Source of the DNA: Pseudogymnoascus verrucosus
Lineage: Eukaryota
Length of the DNA: 64,000 bases
Assembly: GCA_001662655.1 (NCBI GenBank)
Contig: KV460214.1
Direction: 5' to 3' (one strand)
The position numbers were made by a program, and so were the translations under genes. The notes below the pieces were generated by a model. It searched no databases. It saw nothing but the letters and a program-made list of their open reading frames with translations, and was not told where the DNA came from. The number at the start of each line of letters is the position of its first letter. Within the stretch, counting starts at the first letter, position 1. This document shows positions 27,001-37,684 of this stretch, one piece after another.

Positions 27001-28498
27001 AGAGGCCTTCTGCCTCTCGACTGATTTCACTAATAATCTCGTCTTGAAAATCTGGGGATCCGCGAAATAGCTGAGTTTTTCGTAATTTCTCAGAAACATA
27101 GTGGTGAAGGTCGTCCTTGTTTTGCTCATTCCCCACTTCAATCTCTGGAATCCAGCTCAATGAGTGCTCATCAATCATGGGACGCACTGAGTCCCTGCTG
27201 AGAAGTACAACACGTAGCGGTGGTCGTTGGGTCACATCATCATCCTCAAATGTCCTTTCTAGTAGACTAAAAAGTATTTCTTGCTGCTCCGGCTCAACCT
27301 CATCGATCCCATCAATCACAAAACAGGCTGTGGTGTCTAATGGATCCGTCGCGAAGTATTCGACTAAAAGCTTCCTCCAGACGATGTAGCTATTTTCCGG
27401 GTCCTCTTTAAGGGAAAATTCTTCAGCGTGAGTCGCAAAGCTAGGTCGCTGCGTTGCTATTTGCCATGCAAGGGTTCGTAGAGCCTTGTTTACTGAGCGC
27501 AGATCAACATCGTTGTTCTTGCAGAAGAAAGAGGCGACCATGGGCGGAGTGATGGTAGGCGACTCCGCCTTCGAAAGATCGGTGATAATCTTAGATGCCA
27601 GATGGGACTTGCCTACCCCGGGACCGCCATGGAGCCAGAGGAGAGGCTGTGATCCTTGCCACCAGGTTCGGATCCGATCCTCAATCCAACTACCTGACCC
27701 GGGTATCCGATTTTCGTTAGTGGAAGAGAAGACTTGACCAGAAGCTGAGACAGGATTCAATGATGCTTTCACTCGCTCTAGTTTTTCACGATCACTCTTG
27801 CGGCCATCTCTCTGGAGCAGTTCCTCGGTGTTTCGGAGAGCCTGGTGAGTGAGATTAAGACCCTGAGCAGACACCATCAAATGTTCCTGGCTCGTCAGCT
27901 CCTCTAGCTCACTCAGCAGAGAGATAATTGTTGTATCCTCAACAATAATGTTCTTTGCCCACTTTGAAAGTCTAGTTCTGAGTGAACCACGGCTCAGACA
28001 TTTTTGCGATGCCCCGCAGACCCGAAGAAAATGCACCAATACATTCACAATAATTGCCTTCATCCCCTCACTGAGGGGAACGCCCTTGTAGCAGTCTAGA
28101 CGCAGAGCGAAATTGCCTAGTTTGCGAAACAAATCAGTAATTCCGTCAAACGCCTCGCTGACCTTGCGTGCTCCCCGGACTAGTAGCAACATTGCTCCCA
28201 TGATGGAAGACGCAGGCGGAAAGGCTGCAGATGCAATATTGGCGATTAGATCACCCCAGGCCTCAAAGGGTGCTAAGATCATTTGCATAGCATGAAGAAG
28301 TGGTCGTCTCTTCATTCGAAAATCTTCAAAATTGTCCTTCTCAGATTCTAATTGGCGAGATAGATCTTCAGGTCCGTGGATTTTTGGGAACTGATCATCC
28401 GTGATATTGATTCCCGTCTCCTTGGCATAGTCGCTGCAGGCACTATGCCAGAGTGAGGAGAGCTTGTCATCTGAATGGCCACTTGCTGTAACGGCCAT
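24098..28498 (-). CDS. Fungal NLR-like STAND protein: Goodbye-like N-terminus, NACHT, TPR-like helical region, C-terminal ZZ-like zinc finger
   Basis: Intronless 1466-aa ORF. Walker A GGPGVGKS, Walker B CFVIDGIDE, AEGLWEWA, LRHGSFYEY; C-terminal CSSC-x-CRSC-x-CRRC-x-C..H. Confidence 0.85.
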   Translation of the reverse strand: MAVTASGHSDDKLSSLWHSACSDYAKETGINITDDQFPKIHGPEDLSRQLESEKDNFEDFRMKRRPLLHAMQMILAPFEAWGDLIANIASAAFPPASSIMGAMLLLVRGARKVSEAFDGITDLFRKLGNFALRLDCYKGVPLSEGMKAIIVNVLVHFLRVCGASQKCLSRGSLRTRLSKWAKNIIVEDTTIISLLSELEELTSQEHLMVSAQGLNLTHQALRNTEELLQRDGRKSDREKLERVKASLNPVSASGQVFSSTNENRIPGSGSWIEDRIRTWWQGSQPLLWLHGGPGVGKSHLASKIITDLSKAESPTITPPMVASFFCKNNDVDLRSVNKALRTLAWQIATQRPSFATHAEEFSLKEDPENSYIVWRKLLVEYFATDPLDTTACFVIDGIDEVEPEQQEILFSLLERTFEDDDVTQRPPLRVVLLSRDSVRPMIDEHSLSWIPEIEVGNEQNKDDLHHYVSEKLRKTQLFRGSPDFQDEIISEISREAEGLWEWANLVIKSVLRCRTKEQIRKAVKAMPRGISAMLRQELQRLSKELSISDMSDDDEGSAGETTAAQIEQFNILLSFVTLAVKPLTVWQLDIMLEIILKEEVLNLEDDIRTIYSSLFSTRPNENKDTRDKSDVVTLRHGSFYEYFKASENGGPINVNTHQGEARFVYVCLLAVKEYDSPTLDRSIQDIWHYATDFLPSHLMCADFQEPGKLRGEISDLFADLFTHEENMMWIIKKRSRRFANEYSSSPSAKISKLGRYWMDNDTRSAANKKSQLVLDWLLPETLQMFLKNSASDAGPFTVLFSHMAVFWSRLWLDPEHINEDDGSPEVLPYMLITYNTLETGDAALDADVSMSNESSYDSSEIVLRIAELQDIQKTPMWHARVAQALSLGLWYEDALDQFQIFLHEHEKSPNLSALSLFVIHRDIYRTLMKLGRHKKALLHFELSESLRKDFLGDNKLKSAEYIASLLNAAQMKHHAKLADDALADADKAWEHVLQQYTDKWFYPQLTSFFTIFLELYQPHRIRSVLDFAFTHLQVFPGNNSKAFVLEWFSLIPRTMYRVLHHAVTRDDQCYVDIISEVIGKIDTETSERNAIDSHGFFGKTEPLTWEANNLAELRYFLATLLFEKGQVSQGIQGWYEVAALSEPSGEWDIKPAQNRSICDLASLCLSDKDIPFAERSPLALDKDAEYSDVCVVISSWLRDHGDMINARNALRGRVRQCVSLLSDDDPWNDKAAFLSLFKTFLAIRGSDADLDAALYMIKLDDQRIVRAFDKGEFGLKVLHNDTQGDLSESLDRVQLDNTTTRDADAGVDTGLDDVSSVGEWLCTDPMIECSSCRRQIKTVHWWYFCRSCANKGLCRRCYLMFRPPALANPDDAAPSTSDKIMVGVCDPQHEFYYTGPFLRFDDVFPKGMVPFVSTTGERKEIWIEEWKDRLAEEWETADFEFEGGLSAWCSRVLPEPQRTRWATLFC

Positions 28499-29084
28499 GG
28501 TATTTACTCACGAGACATGCAGCCACTTCTAGGAGAAAAGAAGCAAAATAATGGAATAATGCACATATAATAAATATATGTCGAAGAGGGGTGACCCCTC
28601 GAATTCTCAATCCTACGCGGCTCAGCCACGTCGAATTCTTACCTTGTTAGGAATAGCGGGATGCACCTTTCATGCAAAGGGTAAGCTGTTGGCCTGAAAT
28701 CGTTATATACCTTGCGGAGTACAAGCATCTCATTTCTTTTTGAGCATACGAAGCCAGCGAGTAGCTTCTTTTCAGAGCTTCTAAGTTCCAGCTGAAAAGG
28801 AGGCTTCGGCATCTTAAATGTCACTGATATCACTGGTAGCGGCGGCAGGCTAGTGTGGTGGGTGATCGGCATCGTCCCATCCCGCCCGCAATTAGGCGGG
28901 TGGCGATCCTTGGATGGCGAACGCCTCAGGCTATAAACCGAGAACTGCGAAGGCATATTCCCGAAGCCACGAATCATCATCCAAAACGTTCATATAAAAA
29001 AATAAGGCACATAATTTAGACTGCATTAAACTGCTAGCTACATATATTGGATAACTGGTTCACTATAGTTGCTCACGAGAGAAC

Positions 29085-30828
29085 TTATTTGAAAAGATCC
29101 TTGTGATCAGCCTTAATCATGTCGGCGGCCTTCTCACCAATCATGTAGACTGAGTTCTGGATGCGACAGTCAGGGATGATGGGGATGATAGACGCATCGG
29201 CGACGCGAAGATTCTTGATGCCGTGGACCTTGAGCTTGGCGTCGACTGCGCCCTAGTTAATGTCCTTGGAGAGACGGACAGTGCCGCAGGGGTGGAACGC
29301 AGTCTGGCAGCGGTCAAGTACAGCTCTCTTCATCTCATCATCTGAGCCGAGAGGCATGGCCCAGGGATATTCATCGACAACGAGGTCCTTGAAGCCGTCC
29401 CCCTTAGTAAGGATATCATAGCAAAACCTAATGCCCTCCCGCATGGCAATGATGTCAAGGTCATCGGCGAAGAAGTTTAGGTTGATGCTAGGCTGGACGA
29501 GAGGGTCGGCACTATTGAGCTTCACCTCACCAGGCTCGGATATAGGGCGGACCAGGTCAACGACAACGGTAACGTGGTCTCCTTTCGGTGGGGTAGGGAA
29601 GTGCCACTAGAATGCACTGCCGAACATGTAGACAAAATCCAGTTCGAAGTGAGGCTGTCCCAACGGGGAGAAAGGATCTTTTCCGCCATTGGCAGCCTTA
29701 GCCTTCTTGTAGGCGGGATCCTTCTCTATATACTTGTCGATACGGGAGAAGCCCACTAGCTCTAAAAGACCTGAGCCAACAGGGCCCGAATGGTCTTTCT
29801 TATACGCGGAAACAACAGCCTCATTCTTAGGGGTTTTGCGCAAGAGGATGTCGTCCATACTAAAGCCATCCCTAACGCGCAAGACGAACGGGACGCCGGG
29901 ATGGTCACTTAAGTGCTGACCGACGTGACGAGAGTCCACAATCACGTCAATGCCGTGTTGAGCTAACTCACGGGCAGGGCCAATGCCGCTAAGCATCAGG
30001 GGCTTTGGGCTCTTAAAGACACCCTGTGAGAGGATGACTTCGCGAGAGGCGTAGAAATTGAGCTCCTTCCCAGAGGCGGCAATGACTGTCACACCCTTGC
30101 AAGTGCGATCAACGTCATCGATGATTAGGCGCTTAGATAGAACCTCAGGCAAAACAGTAATGTTGCGCTTGTTTTTCAAGAAAAGGTAGCTGCCAGAGCG
30201 CACCCCCTTATAGATTGTATCGGCACAGCGGGTGAGGCCATTCATCTCGCCATCGTAGACATTTGAAGTCTGAGGCTCTCCCCTAGACTTCCAGGCCTTT
30301 GTGACAGCTTCTCGAAATGGGTTCATATCGTCGATGAGCTCGGCGTGGGAAATGTGAATGGACCCATCGGTGCCAATCTTCTTCAAGTCGGGCGAGTAAA
30401 GCTTAAGGTCATCGTGGTATGTAACGCTCTTTTCGGAGGTATGGAACGAGGGGGTCCCAGGTCCACTCCTTCCCACCGTACTCCTCCCACAAATCAAAGG
30501 TCGACTTGCAACCAGGCGCCCATGTGAAGTAGTTTAGGGAGGAGCTGCCACCGAGGACTTTGCCACGGGTGTTAGGTTTGTCGATGCGCTCATAGTCGTC
30601 ACGCTTAACAAATGTGGTCTTGTAGGCCTAGTCGTGCTTGCTGTTGCGGAGGTCCATTGCGTTAGATGGAACGGTGATCAAATCAACCTCGTCTGGGTTG
30701 CCGACACCTGCCTCGACGACTAGGGTGGTAACACTGGGGTTTTTAGCGAGACGGCTAGCTGCAGTGTTACCTGCAGTGCCACCGCCAACAACAATAAAGT
30801 CAAAGTGAGCTCCGTCGGTAGCCGCCAT
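29085..30828 (-). pseudogene. GMC oxidoreductase pseudogene
   Basis: FDFIVVGGGTAG, RGKVLGGSSSLN, FHPCGT and LRVADAS motifs. In-frame TAG at 30628, 29607 and 29253, plus a +1 frameshift in an A-run near 30431. Confidence 0.88.
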
Positions 30829-31582
30829 GATTGATCAAAGAGTATGCTGTAGAATAGTGTGAAGTGGATGATAACTAACGGTAATTCGAAGTCTGGAGGT
30901 GGAATATATTACCTCTTATATGTCTATACTCTCATAATTCTACAGAGGTGGCACTTCAATACGTAGTTGCCGGGCTAAGGACTCCATCCGTTACATCGGA
31001 GCTCGATATAAAATCTCTCGCACCATCTAATTAGATAGCTCGCTCAAGGACAGAATATGTCGACGTAATCGTCTCCACCATTGAGTAGATGCTAGGGTCG
31101 TCATTAAGAACCACAGACTTAAAATCGCCAATTTAAAAGCGGATTGCCGTTGGTTTAAGCTATGATGGCGGTTGTGTAGACCTTTCGGCCAGGACTCGGG
31201 TTTGAGGTGGCCCGCTTGGACAAGTGCAGCATGGGTTAAAAGCATGAACCTAAACCACAGTCTAGACCGACCTATGGGTTGGTCGGGGTCGGCTTTCTAA
31301 AGGAAGGGTTGCTTAGTAAACGGATTATCAGGAGTTAGAATCGTTATGTGAAAATAGCCCCAACTGTGATAATCATAAAGTAGCCATTTATGATTCCTCA
31401 GAATACGGGTCTTAACAAGTTACTCGGCTTCTCCACAATGACCAGTATTCGGACGTTAGCTCTCACAATGCATCGCAGTCGCACGATCGTGACAGAGGCT
31501 CCTGGAAAACCCGTGACAGCGGAACGGAGGCTGGAACCTTATTTTCATACTAGCGGCAAAGTTAACCGCTTCTCTAAAATAA

Positions 31583-31772
31583 TTCCCGGAGCTCCGAAGC
31601 TAAGGAACGGAGGAGCGGGACTTCTAGACAAACATATGTTCTGTGTTCCCGTAGGCTCTACTAAAATATCTCGCCATCTGCTCCCCAGCTTCTAGACGAA
31701 CATAGGTTCCATGTTCTCATACTGTTGTCCTAAAATCCCGATACTCCGCTCCTTAACTTCGGAGCTCCGGAA
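31583..31772. repeat. About 190-bp fold-back (MITE-like) element
   Basis: The left arm TTCCCGGAGCTCCGAAGCTAAGGAACGGAG matches the reverse complement of the right arm, TTCCGGAGCTCCGAAGTTAAGGAGCGGAG. Weaker complementarity continues inward. Confidence 0.6.
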
Positions 31773-32190
31773 CTCTCTAACTGATATATATTCTCATATT
31801 ACATTACAAAAACAAATGAGCCTTTAGACACGCAATTATGACGCAGCAATGCAAGAACTGCTTTCTACGGTCATACATTGTACATAATCCCATAGCTTAG
31901 CACGTCCCCATACCCTACGGGAGGTCTCAGGGACGCGGGTTTCACCCGCGTTCCGCTGGACGCAAATAAATATCATCATCATCATTATGACGTAAGTTTA
32001 CATCTTGTTCCTAATTTTGATTTCGTCACACATGGATCAGAAAACTAGGTTCTACCTACTATGGGATCGTATGGCATGGGCCTGTCTAACATAACATAAA
32101 AGGGCTTTACAAAATCTTCAGCCGCCCCGAATATCTACTGCGGATTCCTGCAGCTCTCCTATTACGTGTTTGCTATCGCGCTGCGGCAAT

Positions 32191-33943
32191 ATGTCAGACA
32201 AAAAAACACCAACTTATACTCTCGCAGAAGGTTAGTAAGAAGTCGTAAATACTAGGTAGGAAGCACGGCTAACAGGTATAGGGTGTCCTATTGCATCGTC
32301 AAGCACTGCTCAGACGTTTCGATCTAAGAACACGCCTGCCTCCTCTGCTAAATCCCTCGTCCTGTTACAAGATACACAGCTCATTGAGACCCTCGCCCAC
32401 TTTTCCCGCGAGAGGATTCCAGAGCGTGTTGTTCACGCCCTCGCCGTCGGGGCTTGGGGCGAATTCGAGGTTACCAAGGATATATCGTCCCTCACTAACG
32501 CCAAGTTCTTGAATGGAGTTGGCAAGAAGAGCAAGGTGCTTCTCCGAGTCAGTGCAGTGGCACCCCAAGCTGGTGGTGCTGAAACGCAGAGGGATGTTAG
32601 GGGGTGGGCCATGAAGATATTTACAGAAGAAGGTAACCAAGACTTCGTCTTCAACAGTATTGTAAGCATCTCATCTTCGTACGTTAGATAAGGACTAATT
32701 TCTACCAGCCTGTCTTCTTCATCCGCGATCCAATTAAATTCCCTAGTGTAAACCGATCCCACAAGAAGAATCCAGCGACCAATGCTAGTGACAATACAAT
32801 GGTGAGCAGACCACCCCCTTTTGAACTCATACACTAACCAAGTATAGTTCTGGGAGTGAGTTTAATTATACGCAGCCTGTGGCAGAAACATATTTCTAAC
32901 AGACAGCCAGTTATCACAACAATAACCAAGAAGGCACTCACGCCATCATGATCCTTTTCAGCAACCGCGGCATCCCAGCCTCGATCAGGACGCTTAATTC
33001 ATACAGTGGCCACACCTACAAGCTAGTCAACGACGACGGAAATTTCACTTATGTCAAGTTCCATTTCAAAACCAACCAGGGGGTTAAGAACCTCAGACAG
33101 GCGGATGCAGACAAACTTGCCGGAGAAAACCCAGACTATCATACCGATGACCTATTTGGATCTATTGAAAAAGGTGACTTTCCATCTTGGACCCTCTACA
33201 TTCAGACTATGAAGCCCGATGAGGCAGAGAAGTATAGATGGGACATTTTCGACATGACAAAGGTCTGGCCGCATAAAGACTTTCCGCTTCAGGAAGTTGG
33301 AAAATTGACACTGAATCGCAATGTAAGTGATGGCCAGTAATTTTAGAGGGCGTAAATAACGACTGGTACTTATTAGGCGCAAAACTACTTCGCCGAAATT
33401 GAGCAGGCCGCTTTCTCGCCCTCAACAATGGTCCCTGGCATCGCGCCTACCGCAGACCCAATGCTTCAGGCGCGCATGTTTGCGTATCCAGATGCTGCAC
33501 GGTATAGATTAGGAGTTAATTACCAGCAGCTGCCATGCAATTCCCCCGTGTCGCCTGTGTACTCACCGTACCAGCGGGATGGAGCTTCTAGACACGACAC
33601 CAACTATGGCCGTGATCCAAACTACGTTAACGCCAGCCTCAAAACAGTCAATTTTAAAGGTGACAGGGGAGCAAATGGAGTCAGTGATGGCGGGCACGAG
33701 GAATGGGTCGCCGGGAAGGTGCAAGGCTACGCTACCGAAGTCAAAGATGATGACTTCGAGCAGCCTAGAATGTTCTGGGAGATGCTGGGGCGTACTGAAC
33801 CAGATGAACAGCGTGACCTCGTTAGCAATATTTGCACGCACTTGGGGAAGGCGATTCCGCGCGTACAGAAAGAAGCCATTCAAACCTTCAAGAAGGTGGA
33901 TGCTGGGTTTGCTGACCAGGTCCAGAAGGGGCTGAAACTGTAA
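32191..33943 (+). CDS. Small-subunit monofunctional heme catalase
   Basis: Spliced reading gives RERIPERVVHA (distal His), DFVFNSIPVFFIRDP and LQARMFAYPDAARYRLG (proximal Tyr). Five introns including an 8-nt exon at 32848..32855. No lesions seen. Confidence 0.92.
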
Positions 33944-34158
33944 AGCTGGTGCATGAGTAACAAAACAGATTCGTTTCAGTCAATATAAGTTCTATACGTT
34001 GTACATATTCAGCCCAGCATACCGTCTTGTGATTTCGACCCATTAACAGACTGCTGCTGCGGTAATGAGAACAAGTATGACGTTTGGTAATATATTTTAA
34101 CAATGCTATGTCATTTGTTTTATGGCCTCTCCCGAGCAACTTCGTCCGCATTCTCCGG

Positions 34159-34650
34159 CTATCTGTCGCCCACACCCAACATTGTAGCCCTCTCCTCTGC
34201 TGGCATATCATCTCTAGTCTTCCCGCCCTTTGGCACATCCCTCTCCAAGCCCCTCTTCAAGATACTATCCTCGGCACTCGTTCCCACACCTTCCAGCCCA
34301 CTTCTCTGCGAGGTGTGATGCCTTAGATCTCCAGCCGTCTGCCCTTGAACAGGCTTCCCCAAACCCTTATACACGTCCTGGCTCGTGGCGCCCGTGATCG
34401 TCGACTCTGCATCTACCCAGGTATCTGGGCTGGATAGTTCTGGCGACTGCCCTGGCACGGTTTTCTTGGGGTTTGGCTTAAATGTGCGGCTGGCGGGCGA
34501 GCTACCCCTAGGCTGAGTCGATGCGTGGAACTCGGGTGCGGCGTCATTGCCTACTCTGGTACCGGGAGCGTGCTTGTCCGCTTCTATAGTCCTGGAGGGA
34601 GGAACCGAGGCATGGAATTCGCCTTGTGAGACAATGGGATCTGTGGGCAT
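34159..34650 (-). CDS. Small hydrophilic Gly/Pro/Ser/Thr-rich hypothetical protein (hydrophilin-like)
   Basis: 163-aa ORF, no Cys, repeated (G/P)EFHAS motif, GATSQDVYKGLGKPVQGQT segment. Confidence 0.7.
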   Translation of the reverse strand: MPTDPIVSQGEFHASVPPSRTIEADKHAPGTRVGNDAAPEFHASTQPRGSSPASRTFKPNPKKTVPGQSPELSSPDTWVDAESTITGATSQDVYKGLGKPVQGQTAGDLRHHTSQRSGLEGVGTSAEDSILKRGLERDVPKGGKTRDDMPAEERATMLGVGDR

Positions 34651-34906
34651 TTTGTATGAGTTTGAGTATTTGCAATGTAGATTGATATTTGTCTTGTATT
34701 GAGTATTTGTTTGGTCGTTTCAATTGGACTTGTGTGTTTCTTATCCACGTATAAATGCTACTTATAATTGCCACACTGTTAAAAGGATCCTTAATACACT
34801 ATGTTATAACATGAAGGTGATATCATAGATGACGTCTTCTGATAACCTCACATCGCTCAAATTCTCTAGAAATAAATCTTTATAAATGCAGAATCTATAT
34901 AATATA

Positions 34907-36747
34907 ACGTATTTCACAAGTGAGTTGCGCACACAAGCGAGTTGCGCACAACAACACTAAAGATTGACTATTACTACTACTACTACACCACTACCCTATA
35001 TAATAACCCTTATTCAATTGTAATTGATTCCTAGCGCCTCTCGCACGTACGGGCATTATGGCCCATAGTGCCACATACTCCACAGCGCTTCTGTCGGCCT
35101 GTAGAACCCACCTGCCCACTACTCTCATTTGCCACCTCCGTACGGACTTGAGCTTCAACCTCAGCACTCTGAAGGATATCCTCTGCGTCTCGTACGGAGA
35201 GACTACCCCCTTGCATTATACGCCTCTTACGCTTCCTTTCCCTCCTCTTTTTCTGTTCATTTGCTGCTTGTAGAGCCTTAACTTCTGCCTTTAGTAGAAT
35301 AGCAGAATGCATCATAACCTGAGCTCCCTTTGCAAGCCGGCTTAGTGCATCATTAATTGAGCTAGGTGAGCTATTCTGATGTCGTACGACACGGTTCTTA
35401 ATATGCTCTGTTTGAAAGTTAAGCTCCCTTATAGTTTGAGGGGTCTTTGAAGTCCAATTATCACGCTTAACTAGAGGAGGGGTTGGAGTTCTCAAGTGTA
35501 GATTCAAGTGAGAGAGAACACTCTGCGGCTCGTACGGAACTAGTCCTGTAGCTCGGAACCCACTCTTAATGTTCTGCTCTGTAAATGTAGCTTTAAAGGC
35601 TTCTTTAAATGCAGAGAGGAACTTAAGCTTTGTAATGTGGTTTAGCCGGTTCCGTACGAAGGTTTCAATCTGCTTTCCGTACGAAAGCTTTAGTGGTGCA
35701 AAGCAGCTCACATCAAGAGGCTGAAGAATATGCGACGAGTGTGGTGGCATACAGAGGGTAATTATCTTCCGTTCTGTACAGTAGTGTTGAAATTGAGCAG
35801 AGAGGTGGCTCTCATGTCCGTCAAGAATAAGAAGGCGATAGGTTCCAACCGTACGAGCATTTGTATACCGATCGAAGTGTTGAATCCACTCGTACCCAAT
35901 TGAATTTAAAGTCCACCCATTCTCACTTAGCGTAATCACCCAATCGTCTAGTAATCCTAAGTCCTCGTACCAAGCAGAGAGGTGATTCTGTGCCTTAAAA
36001 ATGATGAACGGCAGGAGTGCCCATCCGTACGAATTAACACCTTAGATAATTGACACCTACTCTCTATTTCCAGGCTGTATAGTCTTCGGACGGCTCTTTG
36101 CTTCTGAGCTTGTAACTACCTTCGTAGTAGCAATAACTCCCATTGCGAAACCTGCTTCATTAAAGTTGTAGATATCCTGCTCTAAGATTCCGTATTTTGC
36201 AATTGTATTTCGTACGAGAGTGAACCACCCTTGAATTATCTTAGGATCTTCGCATTTTGCTCGTTTGTAATCATACTTCTGACTAAACTTTGCTTTGATT
36301 TCCGTACGACGCTTTATAAAGTTGGTAGTCCAGTTCTTCCTAACAGGGCTCTTGCCTCGTTCGGAGAGTAGTAGGTCTGCCATTTCTTGTAGAGCTTGAG
36401 GCCGGGGCGGAAATCCACGTGAATCTAGGTCGAGGACATACTGAACAAGAGCTGACTCTTCGTACGAAGTTAGGTTTTGTGATTTAGAGGTAGAATCACG
36501 TCGGGAAGTCATTCCATTCATTCTGTTAGCAATAGTTCTAGGCGATACATCATATGACATTGCAGCAGCTCGGACACTCTTAAATTGATGTTGTTTAAGT
36601 GCTTGAATAGCTTGCAAAAGTCTCTCCTCTTTATTAGAGGATTTAGCTTGAGTTGGTGTTGCCATAGGTTGAATCATGTCAAGTTGACGCGTTTTGGTGT
36701 TGTTGTGCGCAACTCGCTTGTGTGCGCAACTCACTTGTGAAATACGT
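34907..36747 (-). mobile_element. Fot1/pogo-family DNA transposon, RIP-damaged
   Basis: Perfect 51-bp TIRs (34907..34957 and 36697..36747) with TA on both sides. Transposase at about 35031..36677 has HTH, LILDGHESH, HILQPLDV and a C-terminal CGVC...HNARTC; it is broken by TAG/TAA near 36040-36060. Confidence 0.95.
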
Positions 36748-37307
36748 TACTCTTACTACAATTCTTTGCATTTCTGTCTCCTCGAATACTAGAAATACAT
36801 TATATGGCGAGCCTAAGCCGGCACATTTCCTCCGCAACTAAGTTGAAAGTATGATATGCACTACTAGCTACTCTGATAGCGCTTAATTCCAACTTTCATC
36901 ACGTAGTCGCAAAGTTGCAACGGCATGTCTGGGAATTGGATGGTTTCTCGGAACCGTCTTGGGGCTTGGAGGGTTCACTGAAAGCACTATACCAGCCATG
37001 GTATGGCCATCTGTTCGATCCGGTTTACAGCACTTAGATCCAGTATAATTAAGACGCTGTAGTTGCGGGCCAATACTATAATCTCCAGATCGACAACGCT
37101 AACTTTTCTGTATAATGATCAGCCAAACCACTTCGCCTTGGAATTATGACGTCACAGGCTCCCAGCTGGGCCTTTAAGAGCCCTGGGGGTCTCATGGAAA
37201 ATGTTTGGCCATCTCCATTATCCATCTATAATACTGCGATATATTATAATATTTATAAAGATACAATACTTCAAACTTTCACACCTTCGGAAATAAAAAT
37301 CGACATC

Positions 37308-37684
37308 ATGGGTTTGGACGAACTTGAGAAGAAGGTCGCTGACCACTACAACGTACTTCCCCTTCCTTCTCCCCTGATTCTAATTCCATTACCCGATTAT
37401 TTGCATCTTTGGTTCGAAAGCATTCACTAACGCCCTCTGCTTTTTAGAAGGGCCACCCTCAAGGACAGGCTCAACAGGCGCAGCAACCCGCACCACCGCC
37501 TCAGCCTCAGCAGCAACCCCCACACGAGGTACGCTCAGCATGACTTATTACCCAAGGACTGTAGCTGACAGTATGATAGGATAAACACCACGCTGGGGAC
37601 ATTGCCAAACGTCTCGGTAACGCCACAGTCTTTGGTGCAGGCGCCTCAGTCGGCTCGAATATTGTGAACGGCATCATCCACTAG
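37308..37684 (+). CDS. 76-aa Q/P-rich miniprotein ending in a Pin3/Lsb1-type C-terminal motif
   Basis: Exons 37308..37352, 37448..37528 and 37580..37684 with canonical introns give MGLDELEKKVADHYN-KGHPQGQAQQAQQPAPPPQPQQQPPHE-DKHHAGDIAKRLGNATVFGAGASVGSNIVNGIIH*. Confidence 0.75.

Noticed and set aside
31266..31300. Hairpin followed by CTAA, like a Helitron 3' end
   Set aside because: It is short and imperfect, with no Rep/helicase remnant or definable 5' end.
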